The translations under genes were made by a program, and so were the position numbers. This document shows, in pieces, positions 18,140 through 27,962 of a DNA stretch of 64,000 nucleotides (its first letter is position 1; the number at the start of each line of letters is the position of its first letter). The notes under the pieces were generated by a model. That model searched no databases, was not told the origin of the DNA, and saw only the letters and a program-made list of their open reading frames with translations. This stretch comes from Candidatus Marinacidobacterium sp. (GTDB lineage: Bacteria; Acidobacteriota; Vicinamibacteria; Marinacidobacterales; Marinacidobacteraceae): contig OZ244852.1 of NCBI GenBank assembly GCA_965220965.1, positions 2,336,001 through 2,400,000 of the forward strand, read 5' to 3'.

Positions 18140-19273
18140 ATGTTGCGACGGTCGTTCCTCGGATTGCTCGCCGGGTCCGGCGGGCTGCTGACGACGCGCG
18201 GAGGGCTCGGCGCGCCCGCGCCCGACGCCGGTCCGTTCGAAGCGTCCCCGTCCGGGCAAACCGCCGCGGCGCCGCGCGACCCGGCGATCACCGAGCTCTA
18301 CCGCCGCTCCGTCGTCATCGACTCGCTGGCGGTGGGCTACGAGTGGGACGACGTCGAGTACGACGCGGTCGACCGGTCCGGATACACCGGGATCCAGACG
18401 ACGCTGCCCAGCTCGAACTTCCCGGTCGCCGTCCGGGCGCTCGCCGAGTGGCGCCAGCGGATCCGGGAGAACCCCGACAAGCTGGTCCAGGCGACGAAGG
18501 CGCAGCACATCCGCGACGCCAAGGCCTCCGGCCGGATGGCGGTCGTCTTCGGGTTCCAGAACGCCACGATGCTCGAGGGCGTCCTCGCGAACCTGGACCC
18601 GCTCTACGAGCTCGGAACCCGCTGCATCCAGTTGACCTACAACTCGCAGAACCGGCTGGGCAGCGGGTGCACCGAGCGGGTCGACGGGGGGCTCTCCGAT
18701 TTCGGGGTGGAGGTCGTGGAACGGATGAACGAACTCGGGATCGTGGTGGATCTGTCGCACTGCGGGCGCCAGACCTCGATGGACGGGATCGTCGTCTCGA
18801 ACCGCCCGGCGGCGTTCACCCACACCTTCTGCGAGACGCTCTATCCCGATCACCCGCGCGCCAAGACGGACGCCCAGATCCGGGCCATGTCGGAGAAGGG
18901 CGGCGTCACCGGGATCGCGAGTCTCGGCTACTTCGTCGGACCCGACCCGGACACCTCGATCGACGACTACGTCGACCACATTCTCCACGCAGTGAACGTC
19001 GGCGGCATCGAACATGTCGGCATCTGCACCGACCACGCGATCCGCGGGCTGCGGTCCTGGGCGACCCGGGAGAACTGGTACGAGCCGCGCCTGAGGAGCT
19101 TCAAGCCGAGCTACCGGGTCCGCTGGCCTCCCTTCATCGAGGGCCTCGACGAGCCCGAGCGGTTCCTCAACGTGGCGCACGTTCTCCACCAGCGGGGCAT
19201 GGCGGAAGCGGACATCACCCGCATCCTGGGAGAGAACTGGCTCCGCTATTTCGGGGAGATTTTCGGGGGGTAG
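18140..19273 (+). CDS. M19 membrane-dipeptidase-like protein, Tat-exported
   Basis: RRSFL Tat motif; QLTYN, GLSDFG..VV.RMNELGIVVDLSH, RAKTD, EHVGICTD, ILGENW. Confidence 0.9.
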   Translation: MLRRSFLGLLAGSGGLLTTRGGLGAPAPDAGPFEASPSGQTAAAPRDPAITELYRRSVVIDSLAVGYEWDDVEYDAVDRSGYTGIQTTLPSSNFPVAVRALAEWRQRIRENPDKLVQATKAQHIRDAKASGRMAVVFGFQNATMLEGVLANLDPLYELGTRCIQLTYNSQNRLGSGCTERVDGGLSDFGVEVVERMNELGIVVDLSHCGRQTSMDGIVVSNRPAAFTHTFCETLYPDHPRAKTDAQIRAMSEKGGVTGIASLGYFVGPDPDTSIDDYVDHILHAVNVGGIEHVGICTDHAIRGLRSWATRENWYEPRLRSFKPSYRVRWPPFIEGLDEPERFLNVAHVLHQRGMAEADITRILGENWLRYFGEIFGG

Positions 19274-19310
19274 ACGGGGAGCGGGCGGTTACCGCCACGG
19301 ATCCGGCGCC

Positions 19311-20372
19311 ATGGCGCACATCACTGCCTTCCACGCCCACCGCTATCGCGGCATCAGCGGGCTCCGGGTGGACGACATCGCCCGGTTCAACGTCCTGACC
19401 GGGCCGAACGGAGTCGGCAAGACAGCGCTGCTGGAGGCGATCTGGCTCTTTCACGGCCGACGCGACCCAACGAGACTGTGGTCGCCGACGGTTCAGCGAT
19501 CCGCGAAGCCAGTCATCGACCCGGTCGCGACGCTGGCGAAGCCCCCGCTCCACCTCTCGGGCGCCGAGGCGAACGAAACCCATGAGTGGCAGGTGTCCTT
19601 CGAGGCGACTCCAATCGCGCCGTCTCCGGGATTCGAGAAGCCGCCTGCCACGAACGGCGCGGACTCCGTGGAGCCGTCGTTCCTGCAGAGGCCGCCCCGG
19701 GGCTCGCTCCGATGTGTCCTGGACGAGTCTGAGACCAACGGAGATCGCGCGCTCATGGAGGTGCGCAACGACTTCATATCGATCCCCCGGCCGCAGCCTG
19801 ATGGGCGACGTGCGTGGCTTCAGACCGCGGCCACCTACCACGACGTTGAGAAATCCGCCGTGGACAGGTTCTCCAGGTTGCTTGAACTCGGGCGCGAGCC
19901 AGAGCTGATGGGCGCGCTCCGGATGATCCTTCCTATCGTTGACGACCTGGCAATCGTCACGGCGCGGAATCGAGATCCCTACATCCTGGCAACGACGACC
20001 CACGGGGAACGGTTGCCGCTTCAGGCGCTCGGCCAGGGAATGATGCTCCTCTTCCGCACCCTCATCGCGATGCATGAGGCAGCCGGTGGCCTGCTCCTGA
20101 TTGACGAGATCGAGGGCGGGATCCATCACGAGACCCTGGAGCGTCTGTGGCGGCGACTGCGAGTCCTCGGCGGCGAGAGAGATGTCCAGGTGTTCGCCGC
20201 GACCCACAGCCTCGAATGCGTGGACGCGGCGATCCGCGCCTTTGAGGACGCCCCGGAGGATCTGGCCGTCCATTCGATCCGTCCGCCATCCGCGTCAAAG
20301 CCCCTGCGCGTTGTGACCCAGCGCGGCGAGGGTCTTCTGGCCGCCCGCGAACTGAACCTGGAACTGAGGTGA
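19311..20372 (+). CDS. AAA_15/AAA_21 ABC-type ATPase (defence/TA-associated)
   Basis: GPNGVGKT, LGQG signature, LLIDEIEGGIH, QVFAATHS; codon usage visibly less GC-biased. Confidence 0.85.
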   Translation: MAHITAFHAHRYRGISGLRVDDIARFNVLTGPNGVGKTALLEAIWLFHGRRDPTRLWSPTVQRSAKPVIDPVATLAKPPLHLSGAEANETHEWQVSFEATPIAPSPGFEKPPATNGADSVEPSFLQRPPRGSLRCVLDESETNGDRALMEVRNDFISIPRPQPDGRRAWLQTAATYHDVEKSAVDRFSRLLELGREPELMGALRMILPIVDDLAIVTARNRDPYILATTTHGERLPLQALGQGMMLLFRTLIAMHEAAGGLLLIDEIEGGIHHETLERLWRRLRVLGGERDVQVFAATHSLECVDAAIRAFEDAPEDLAVHSIRPPSASKPLRVVTQRGEGLLAARELNLELR

Positions 20373-20415
20373 GGCGCCAGCAGGACCCGCCTGCGGCTGT
20401 CTCCCGATCCTGCGG

Positions 20416-21372
20416 GTGTTCCGTCGCCCGACCGGCCCGAAAGCTCAGAACGACGGACAGCGACTCGCCGTGATCCTCGACGGGGGGCTCGCCACCGAGC
20501 TGGAGGCGGACGGGTTCGACCTGAACCATCCGCTGTGGTCTGGCAGGCTGCTGCTCGAGGCGCCGGAGGCCATCGAGGCGGCGCACCACCGCTTCCTCGA
20601 GGCGGGCGCGGACTGCGTGATCTCGGCGTCCTACCAGGTGAGCTTCGAGGGGTTCCTGCGTCTGGGCCGGTCCCTTAACGAGGCGGAGCGGGCGCTCGTC
20701 CGCTCCGTCCGGCTGGCGCGGGCGGCGCGCGACCGGTTCTGGGCGGATCCGACGGTTCGAGCGGGTCGGCGTCGGCCGCTGGTGGCGGCGAGCGTCGGGC
20801 CCTACGGCGCGTTCCTGGCTGACGGATCCGAGTACCGCGGCGATTACGGCGTAGAGGACGACAAACTCGCCGACTTCCACCGGCGGCGGCTCGCCGTGCT
20901 CGCCGGCGCCGGCCCGGACCTGCTCGCGGTCGAGACGATCCCGTCGGCCGGGGAGGCGCGGGTGCTCGCTCGCCTGCTCGAGGAGGCGCCCGAGGGCCCG
21001 CCCGCCTGGATGGCGTTCTCCTGCCGGGATGGCGGCCGCCTCGCCGACGGGACCCCGGTGGAGGACATCGCGGCCGACGTCGCGACCAGCCCGAGGATCC
21101 GCTGGGTGGGCGTCAACTGCACCCCGCCGCGATTCCTGGCGGACCTGATCCCGAAGTTCCGCAGCGCGAGCGGGAAGCCGGTCGTCGCCTACCCCAACGG
21201 AGACGGGCGCTGGGATCCGGTCTCGAAGACGTGGGAGACACCGCCCCGGACCACGAACCTCGCGGCGCTCGCCCGGGAGTGGCGGCGGCTGGGCGCGGCT
21301 GTGGTCGGCGGCTGCTGCCGGGTCGGCCCGGCGGACATCCGGGCGATGCGCGCGGCCGTGGCCCGGATGTAG
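20416..21372 (+). CDS. mmuM: Homocysteine S-methyltransferase
   Basis: LDGGLATELE, PLWS, SVGPYGA.LADGSEY, GVNC, GGCCR zinc ligands. Confidence 0.92.
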   Translation: MFRRPTGPKAQNDGQRLAVILDGGLATELEADGFDLNHPLWSGRLLLEAPEAIEAAHHRFLEAGADCVISASYQVSFEGFLRLGRSLNEAERALVRSVRLARAARDRFWADPTVRAGRRRPLVAASVGPYGAFLADGSEYRGDYGVEDDKLADFHRRRLAVLAGAGPDLLAVETIPSAGEARVLARLLEEAPEGPPAWMAFSCRDGGRLADGTPVEDIAADVATSPRIRWVGVNCTPPRFLADLIPKFRSASGKPVVAYPNGDGRWDPVSKTWETPPRTTNLAALAREWRRLGAAVVGGCCRVGPADIRAMRAAVARM

Positions 21373-21424
21373 AGTCGGATCGGCTCGGAAACCTCGAGGG
21401 ACCAACGGACCCGAGGACGCGGGG

Positions 21425-21652
21425 ATGCTGATCAGGACGCTGTTCGCACGACTCTGGGGGAGCTTCGCCCGCCGCGCTCCCAAGGATGAATCCGTCCGCC
21501 GCCTGGCGCACGCAAAGCGTCTCCGGGCCGGGCGTCGCCCCAAGCCATCGGCAGCGTTCGCCCGCTACTTCGGGGCGAAGCATGGCATCGAGCTTCCCCG
21601 GGCCCGCTACCGCTTCCGGCCACTGACATTCTCCGACGACCCGGAACGCTGA
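21425..21652 (+). CDS. Small hypothetical protein; C-terminus resembles FitA-like antitoxin tails
   Basis: 75 aa; FGAKHGIELPR...RPLTFSD resembles antitoxin C-termini from memory only. Confidence 0.35.
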   Translation: MLIRTLFARLWGSFARRAPKDESVRRLAHAKRLRAGRRPKPSAAFARYFGAKHGIELPRARYRFRPLTFSDDPER

Positions 21653-21694
21653 CCGGCGGTGGCGCCGTCGAGCCGGCCACGAGCGCGACGCGGT

Positions 21695-21750
21695 GGCGAT
21701 ATATCCTTGTCAAACACGAGATGTGATGTGGTTTTTCAAGGTACATCGCC
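21695..21750. promoter_or_regulatory. Imperfect AT-rich inverted repeat upstream of the second AAA/DUF4143 gene
   Basis: GGCGAT..CCTTG..AAACAC versus GTGGTTTTTCAAGG..ATCGCC. Confidence 0.5.
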
Positions 21751-22891
21751 CGGTCTGATTCCGCGGGCCGCGGTCACCCAGGTTCGGCGGGCGCTTCAGC
21801 GGAGCCCCGTCGCCCTGCTGATCGGGCCGCGGCAGTGCGGCAAGACAACGCTCGCGCGTCAGCTCGTGGTCCCGGACTCGGCGAACTACTTCGACCTCGA
21901 GGACCCGTTGAGCCTCGCCCGGCTGGACCAGCCGATGACCGCGCTGGAGCGTCTCGAGGGGCTCGTGGTCCTCGATGAGATCCAGCGCCGGCCGGAGCTC
22001 TTCCCCATCCTGCGGGTCCTCGTGGACCGGGAAGGCGCGCCGACGCCGTTTCTGGTGCTGGGAAGCGCCGGCCCCGAGCTGCTCCGACAGAGTTCCGAGT
22101 CACTCGCCGGGCGGATCGAGATCATTGAGCTTTCTGGCCTTCAGATCGCGGAGGTCGGCCCGGAGCGGCTCGACTCGCTCTGGCTGCGGGGCGGATTCCC
22201 CCGGTCGTTCCTGGCGGAGAGCGACGAGGACAGCCTGGCCTGGCGGCGGTCCTACCTTCGCGCCTTCGTCGAGCGCGACCTCCCGGCGTTCGGGGTGCGG
22301 ACGCCGCCCACGACGCTTCACCGGCTGCTGCTCATGCTGACGGCCTATCACGGGCAGATCGTGAACCTCGCGGCGATCTCCGGAGCCATCGGGATACCGG
22401 AATCGACGATCCGTCGCACCCTGGATCTGCTGGAGCACCTCTTCCTGATCCGGCAGTTGCGGCCCTGGCGCGAGAACCTGCGAAAGCGCCAGGTGAAGCG
22501 GCCGAAGCTCTACATCCGCGACCCGGGCGTACTCCACCACCTTCTGGGACTCGCCACCATGGACCGGCTCCTTGCGGATCCCCGGCTGGGGGCCTCGTGG
22601 GAGGGCTTCCTCCTGGAGAAGGTGCTGGCCGAAGCGGCGCCCAACCAGGCGTACTTCTGGGGCACGCACGCCGGCGCCGAACTGGACCTGCTGCTCCTGA
22701 CGCGGGGCCGCCGGGTCGGGGTCGAGATCAAGTGGGCCGATGCGCCTCGTCGCACCCGGTCGATGACCACCGCGCTGGCCGACCTGCGCCTCGATCATCT
22801 CTTCGTCGTCTACCCCGGTGAGCGTCGCTACCAGATCAGTGACCGCGTTACCGCCCTTCCGGCGCGGGAGCCATTCCCGACCACCGAATGA
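21728..22891 (+). CDS. AAA_14 ATPase with DUF4143 domain (second, divergent copy)
   Basis: GPRQCGKTT, VLDEIQ, SESLAGR, RGGFP, ELDL...VEIK. Start uncertain (GTG 21728 or CTG 21755). Confidence 0.92.
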   Translation: MVFQGTSPGLIPRAAVTQVRRALQRSPVALLIGPRQCGKTTLARQLVVPDSANYFDLEDPLSLARLDQPMTALERLEGLVVLDEIQRRPELFPILRVLVDREGAPTPFLVLGSAGPELLRQSSESLAGRIEIIELSGLQIAEVGPERLDSLWLRGGFPRSFLAESDEDSLAWRRSYLRAFVERDLPAFGVRTPPTTLHRLLLMLTAYHGQIVNLAAISGAIGIPESTIRRTLDLLEHLFLIRQLRPWRENLRKRQVKRPKLYIRDPGVLHHLLGLATMDRLLADPRLGASWEGFLLEKVLAEAAPNQAYFWGTHAGAELDLLLLTRGRRVGVEIKWADAPRRTRSMTTALADLRLDHLFVVYPGERRYQISDRVTALPAREPFPTTE

Positions 22892-24039
22892 CTGAGCTCC
22901 TGAACCCGGAAGGGCGCGCCTCGTCCGCTTCCGTCGGCATGGCGATTCTGGTGTTGCTCTCAGCGACGCCGGCCCCCGCGCAAATGCGCTTCCTGGGAAC
23001 GCCCCTCGAGGAGGAGGGGGCGACGAGCGCCGGGGTGAGCCTCGGTGATCTGGACGGCGACGGCGACCTCGACATCGTGCTCGCGAAGGGGCGGCACTGG
23101 CCGCTCGAGAACCTCGTCCTGGTGAACGACGGATCGGGGAGGTTCGATGAGCGCCATCCGGTGGGCGGGGGCCCTGACCGGACCTACACCGCGGCGCTCG
23201 CCGACCTCGACGGGGACGGGAACCTCGACCTGGTCGTCGGCAACGACCAGCCGGACGGCAAACGGATCCATCGGGGCGACGGAAACGCGAGGTTCCGGCT
23301 CGCCGGAACGTTTGGCGACCCGGCCTGGCCCACCCGGAACCTCACCGTCAGCGACCTCGACGGCGATGGGCGGCCGGATCTGGTCGTCGCGAACCGGGGC
23401 GGACCGGAGCGCTCGGCGAACGCCGTCTGTCCAAGCGACGGAAGCGGGAGCTTCCCTGGCTGCATCGAGCTCTCCGGGGAGTCGGCGACGACGATCGCGG
23501 CGGGCGACCTGACCGGCGACGGGTTCCCCGACCTGTTCGTCCCGCACCGCGACGGTGGCCAGAGCTTCCTGTTCCCGAACGACGGGTCCGGGAACTTCAC
23601 CGAACGCCGCCCGGTGGGGCCGGAGCAATCGGCGACGCGGGCGGTGACGGTCGGAGACTTCGACGGGGATGGCTGGCTCGACCTCGCGGCCGGCGACGAG
23701 ACCCACGGCGGACTGCGGATCTTCCGGAACCGGGGCGGCGGGGCGTTCGACGACGGCCGGCCGGTCGGGGATCCCGGGGACCGGGTCTACTCGCTCGCCG
23801 CCGCCGACCTCGACCGGGACGGGGACCTCGAGCTGATCGTCGGCAACCGGGACACCCCCGGCGCGGTCCTCTGGAACGACGAGGCGGGCGCCAAGTGGAC
23901 GCTCACCCGCTTCGGCGACGCCGCCGGGGCGATCTACGGGCTGGCCACCGGCGATCTCGATGGAGACGGCCTCCGCGAGATCGCTGCCGCGCGCTCCGGC
24001 GCGCCGAACATGGTCTACCGGATCCGCGGAATCCGCTGA
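22888..24039 (+). CDS. FG-GAP/VCBS repeat beta-propeller protein, exported
   Basis: Seven DxDGDG-like repeats; signal-like segment MAILVLLSATPAPAQ. Confidence 0.85.
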   Translation: MTELLNPEGRASSASVGMAILVLLSATPAPAQMRFLGTPLEEEGATSAGVSLGDLDGDGDLDIVLAKGRHWPLENLVLVNDGSGRFDERHPVGGGPDRTYTAALADLDGDGNLDLVVGNDQPDGKRIHRGDGNARFRLAGTFGDPAWPTRNLTVSDLDGDGRPDLVVANRGGPERSANAVCPSDGSGSFPGCIELSGESATTIAAGDLTGDGFPDLFVPHRDGGQSFLFPNDGSGNFTERRPVGPEQSATRAVTVGDFDGDGWLDLAAGDETHGGLRIFRNRGGGAFDDGRPVGDPGDRVYSLAAADLDRDGDLELIVGNRDTPGAVLWNDEAGAKWTLTRFGDAAGAIYGLATGDLDGDGLREIAAARSGAPNMVYRIRGIR

Positions 24040-24158
24040 CGGTCCCGGCAGGTCAAGCGATCAATCCGGTCGCCATGCGCGGCGGGGCGCAGATGTGGGC
24101 GAGACACGCCGAGACTAGGCCAGGAAACCGGCCTCGACGAGGGATTGGCTCGGATCGA

Positions 24159-26123
24159 TTACCGCTCGCGCGATTCCCAGGCTTCCGCGCCGAAGAACGT
24201 GATCCCGTCGACCTCGAACCAGAACGGTCCGAGCTCGTCCTCCCCCCGGCGCGACAGGTAGAAGCCGCCGCAGGCCTCGCCGGACCAGGCGTCGGCGTCC
24301 GGCGCCCCGATCGGCCCAAGCCGGTCGGACCCAAGCTCCACCGGGCGCCAGGCCTCGGTCACGTCGATCTCGCTTCCGTACTCGACCCCGCCGCAGCGGA
24401 TCGTGAGCTGGAACGGGCGGCTGCCACGGGCGTGGAGCCGGACTCCGCCGAGGTCTGCGAGGCGCACCGGGGCCGCCCCGCGGTCGAAGGGCTGGTACAT
24501 CTGCGCCAGCGGACCACGCTCGGCCCCGGCGATGAGCTCTCCCTCGACCCGGACCGCGGTCGCGCTCCCCGCCGCGCCGCCCTCGACCAGGCTCAGCCCG
24601 ACCCGGGACACGCCGTTCGTGAACGTCTGCCACCGGACCCCGGTGTTGCTGAAGAGGTCGCCGTCCTCGAAGTCGTCCAGCTCGAGCGCGGCGCCTGGCC
24701 CGAGCGCCTCCGGGAACGGGTCCGTCCCGCTTCCCGCCAGCGGCCCCGCAGCCGTCCCGGCCGCGCCCTCGACCGCCGCCACCAGCCGGTCGGTCGTCCG
24801 GATCAGGAACTGGCCATCGGAGATCGCCGGCGTGGAGAGCGTCACCCCGCCCATCGGGTTCTGCGCGAGGAGCTCGTACTCCCGGCCCGCCCGCACCACG
24901 AAAATGTCCCCGTCCTCGCTGGCGAGATAGATCCGGCCATCGGCGGCGACCGGGGAGGCGGTGTAGGCCCCGCCCCGACGGGCGATCCGCTGGCGGTAGA
25001 CCCGCTCGCCGGTGTCCGCCTCGAACGCGGTCAGCACCCCGCCGGTGGAGACCACGTAGAGCAGCCCGCGGTAGGCCAGCGGGGAGGACATGTAGGGCCC
25101 GTAGCGCGGCGAACTCCAGGCGACGTGGGCGTTCGAGGTCGTCCCCTCGGCGAGCGAGATGTCTCCCTCCGCGTCGGCCCGGATCGCGAAGATCGGCCGG
25201 AAGCGGTACCCGCTCGTCAGATAGATGAGTCCGTCGCTGACGATCGGCGTCGGCGTCGTGTTGAACGAACTGCCCGACATCCGCCAGAGCTCGGCGCCGG
25301 TCCGGACGTCGTAGCCGTGCATCGTCCCGGCGCCGTTCGTGATGACCTGCGTCCGGCCCGCTTCCGAGTGGACCGTCGGCGTCCCGAACGAGGAGATCAG
25401 GTCGCGTTCGACCCGCCACGCCTCCTCACCGGTCGCCTTGTCGAAGGCCGCCAGGAACGAACCCTCCTGCTGGTCGGCGAGCACCAGGACGAGGTCCTCC
25501 CAGAGCACCGGCGAGCTGGCGGCGGCCCATTCGTAGCTGTCGTCGTAGCTCGCCCCGGCGTTGATCGGGCCGAGCTCGACCTCCCACTGGAGGTTGCCGT
25601 CGATGTCGAAGGCGGACAGTCCACCGGTCGCGACGAGCACGACGACGACCTCGCCGTCGGTCGCCGGCGTCGCCGAGGCATAGCTGTTCTTGGGATGGCG
25701 CTGGATCACCGGGACTCCGGCGGTGACCTCCCGCGACCAGAGGAACGCCCCGGCGTCGCGGTCCACCGCGTGGACGAACCAGCGGTTCCGCTCCCGGTCG
25801 GTCCGGCGATCGATCCGCCCGTCGGTCCCGTAGCGGAAAACCGGGTCCGGGTCGTCGCTCACCGCCGAGGTCACGAAGATCCGGTTCCCCCAGACGACCG
25901 GACTCGAGTGCCCGAGGCCCGGGACCTCGACGCTCCAGGCGATGTTGTGGCCGGTCTCGGCGTTCCACTCGGTGGGGGCCCGTTCGCCGTCGGCGACGCC
26001 GGAGGCGGCGGGACCGCGGAAGGACGGCCAGGGCGAGCGGGCCGGGCCGGCGTCCTGCCCGAGGGCGGCGGAAGCCGCAACCAGCCCGGCGAGGCACAGG
26101 AAGAAGACGGGGAACCGGCGCAT
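24159..26123 (-). CDS. PQQ-like beta-propeller protein with C-terminal CIA30/CBM11-like domain
   Basis: Signal peptide, WPSFRG, GHSSPVVWG, ASPVAADG, STPAISDG; C-terminal DDFEDG..W and F.FEVD.I.F. Confidence 0.8.
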   Translation of the reverse strand: MRRFPVFFLCLAGLVAASAALGQDAGPARSPWPSFRGPAASGVADGERAPTEWNAETGHNIAWSVEVPGLGHSSPVVWGNRIFVTSAVSDDPDPVFRYGTDGRIDRRTDRERNRWFVHAVDRDAGAFLWSREVTAGVPVIQRHPKNSYASATPATDGEVVVVLVATGGLSAFDIDGNLQWEVELGPINAGASYDDSYEWAAASSPVLWEDLVLVLADQQEGSFLAAFDKATGEEAWRVERDLISSFGTPTVHSEAGRTQVITNGAGTMHGYDVRTGAELWRMSGSSFNTTPTPIVSDGLIYLTSGYRFRPIFAIRADAEGDISLAEGTTSNAHVAWSSPRYGPYMSSPLAYRGLLYVVSTGGVLTAFEADTGERVYRQRIARRGGAYTASPVAADGRIYLASEDGDIFVVRAGREYELLAQNPMGGVTLSTPAISDGQFLIRTTDRLVAAVEGAAGTAAGPLAGSGTDPFPEALGPGAALELDDFEDGDLFSNTGVRWQTFTNGVSRVGLSLVEGGAAGSATAVRVEGELIAGAERGPLAQMYQPFDRGAAPVRLADLGGVRLHARGSRPFQLTIRCGGVEYGSEIDVTEAWRPVELGSDRLGPIGAPDADAWSGEACGGFYLSRRGEDELGPFWFEVDGITFFGAEAWESRER

Positions 26124-26277
26124 GGCGGGCGGACGAACCGCCGGAGCAATCGTATCGGTCTCGCCGCGCCGCGCTTTGACAGCGGCGGGCGCGCCCGCGT
26201 ATCGTCGAATCGTTGCGACCGACGCCGGCGGCGGCGCTTCAGAGGCCCTCGCCGGCCCCTGTCCGAAGGAGACCGCC

Positions 26278-27942
26278 ATGACCCGCCTTTCCCGGCTTCC
26301 GGGCCTCATCGCCCTGTTCGCCCTCGCGCTCACCGCCTTCGCCTGTGGCGGAGGGGCCGACATGGAGGCGGACCCCGCGCCGCTCTCCGCCGAACTCGGC
26401 ATCCGCGCCTCGGGGGACACCGAGCTGAGCCCCGACATGGAGCGGATCCCCGATGAGCTCCGGCAGGTCTTCGACTACATCGACGCGAACGTGGACGACC
26501 ACGTGATGAACCTGCGCCGCTGGATCCAGCAGCCCAGCATCTCGAACTCCGGCGAGGGCATCCAGGAGTCGGCGCAGATGGTGAAGGGCTTCTTCGACCA
26601 GCTCGGCTGCCAGGTCTCCGAGGTCCACGACATCCCGATGACCGAGTGGGGCCAGCCGGGCAACCCGGTCGTCTACGCGAACTGCGACTACGGGAAGGAG
26701 CAGACGCTGCTCATCTACTGGATGTACGACACGATGCCGATCACCCAGCCGGAGGCCTGGGTCTACCCGCCGTTCGACGGGGAACTGACCGAGTTCGGTC
26801 CGTTCCAGAAGGTGATGATCGGGCGCGGGGCCACGAACTCGAAGGGGCCCCAGATGGTCATGTGGAACGCGATGCACTCGATCTACGAAGTCACCGGCTC
26901 CATGCCGGTGAACCTGATCTTCATCGCCGAGGGCGACGAGGAGCGCATGTCGATCGGCCTCCGCCAGTTCGTCCGCGAGAACCCCGAGCTCTTCCGGGCC
27001 GCGGATGCGATGTACCGCACCGGACGGCAGGCGCGCTCCGGCGCGGCCGGGTTCTCGGGCGGCTCCGAGGGGTGCGTCTACATCGAGCTGACCACCAGCG
27101 GGGCGAGCTGGGGCCGGGGGCCGGTGGCCTCGAACATCCACGGCGCGCACAAGCGGTCCACCGACGCTCCGGCGCTGCGGCACATCAAGATGCTGTCCAG
27201 CCTCATCTCGGATGACGGGAACACCGTGCTCGTGCCTGGCTTCTACGAGGGCGCCGACCCGCTCAGCGAGGCCGAGGAGGCGATGTTCCTCCGCGCCGCC
27301 GAGAACCTCGACCTGACGATCGCCGCCGAGAACATCGGCGTCGCCCGCTTCATGACGGACGATCCGCTCCAGCACCTCAAGAACGCGCGCTACGGAATCT
27401 CCTTCAACATGGACGGCGTGTGGGCCGGGAACATGTATCCCGGCGGGGCGGGGGCGATCCTGCCGAACCGGATCACCTCGAAGCACAACATGCGCTACGT
27501 CCCGGGCATGGACGGGCTCGAACTCGTCCAGAAGATCCGCGACTACCTCGACGCGCAGGGCTACGAGGACGTCGAGCTGACGATCATCGGGGATGTCCCC
27601 TGGTCGAAGAGCAGCTACGACAACGAGCTCGCCGAGGCGGTGACCCGGATGTTCGACGTGTTCGGGGTCCGCTACCGCGAGCCGATCCAGGAGGAGTCCA
27701 TCCTCGGCGGCTACTGGCCCGCCTACCTGTTCAGCGGCCGGGACAACGAACTCCCCGGCGGCACCGACCTCGCGATGCCGATCGTCGGCGGCGCGATGGG
27801 CCACGGCGGAGGCGCCCACGCCGCGAACGAGTTCTGGGTCATCGAGGGCGCCGGCCGGGTCTACGGGATGGCGGGGGCCGAGAAGTCGGTCGCCACCGTC
27901 CTCTACTCCTACGCCGGCCACCTGCTCGACCCGGCCGAGTAG
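26278..27942 (+). CDS. M20 family peptidase/deacylase lipoprotein with atypical metal ligands
   Basis: AFAC lipobox; QPSIS, GNPVV, YDTMP, GRGATNSKG, EGDEE, HAANE. Confidence 0.88.
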   Translation: MTRLSRLPGLIALFALALTAFACGGGADMEADPAPLSAELGIRASGDTELSPDMERIPDELRQVFDYIDANVDDHVMNLRRWIQQPSISNSGEGIQESAQMVKGFFDQLGCQVSEVHDIPMTEWGQPGNPVVYANCDYGKEQTLLIYWMYDTMPITQPEAWVYPPFDGELTEFGPFQKVMIGRGATNSKGPQMVMWNAMHSIYEVTGSMPVNLIFIAEGDEERMSIGLRQFVRENPELFRAADAMYRTGRQARSGAAGFSGGSEGCVYIELTTSGASWGRGPVASNIHGAHKRSTDAPALRHIKMLSSLISDDGNTVLVPGFYEGADPLSEAEEAMFLRAAENLDLTIAAENIGVARFMTDDPLQHLKNARYGISFNMDGVWAGNMYPGGAGAILPNRITSKHNMRYVPGMDGLELVQKIRDYLDAQGYEDVELTIIGDVPWSKSSYDNELAEAVTRMFDVFGVRYREPIQEESILGGYWPAYLFSGRDNELPGGTDLAMPIVGGAMGHGGGAHAANEFWVIEGAGRVYGMAGAEKSVATVLYSYAGHLLDPAE

Positions 27943-27962
27943 ACCCCGGTTCGAGCCGCGCC

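Noticed and set aside
22888-24039. Recurring GACCTCGACGG-like DNA repeats as a CRISPR or repeat array
   Set aside because: They are codons of the FG-GAP protein repeats inside a CDS.
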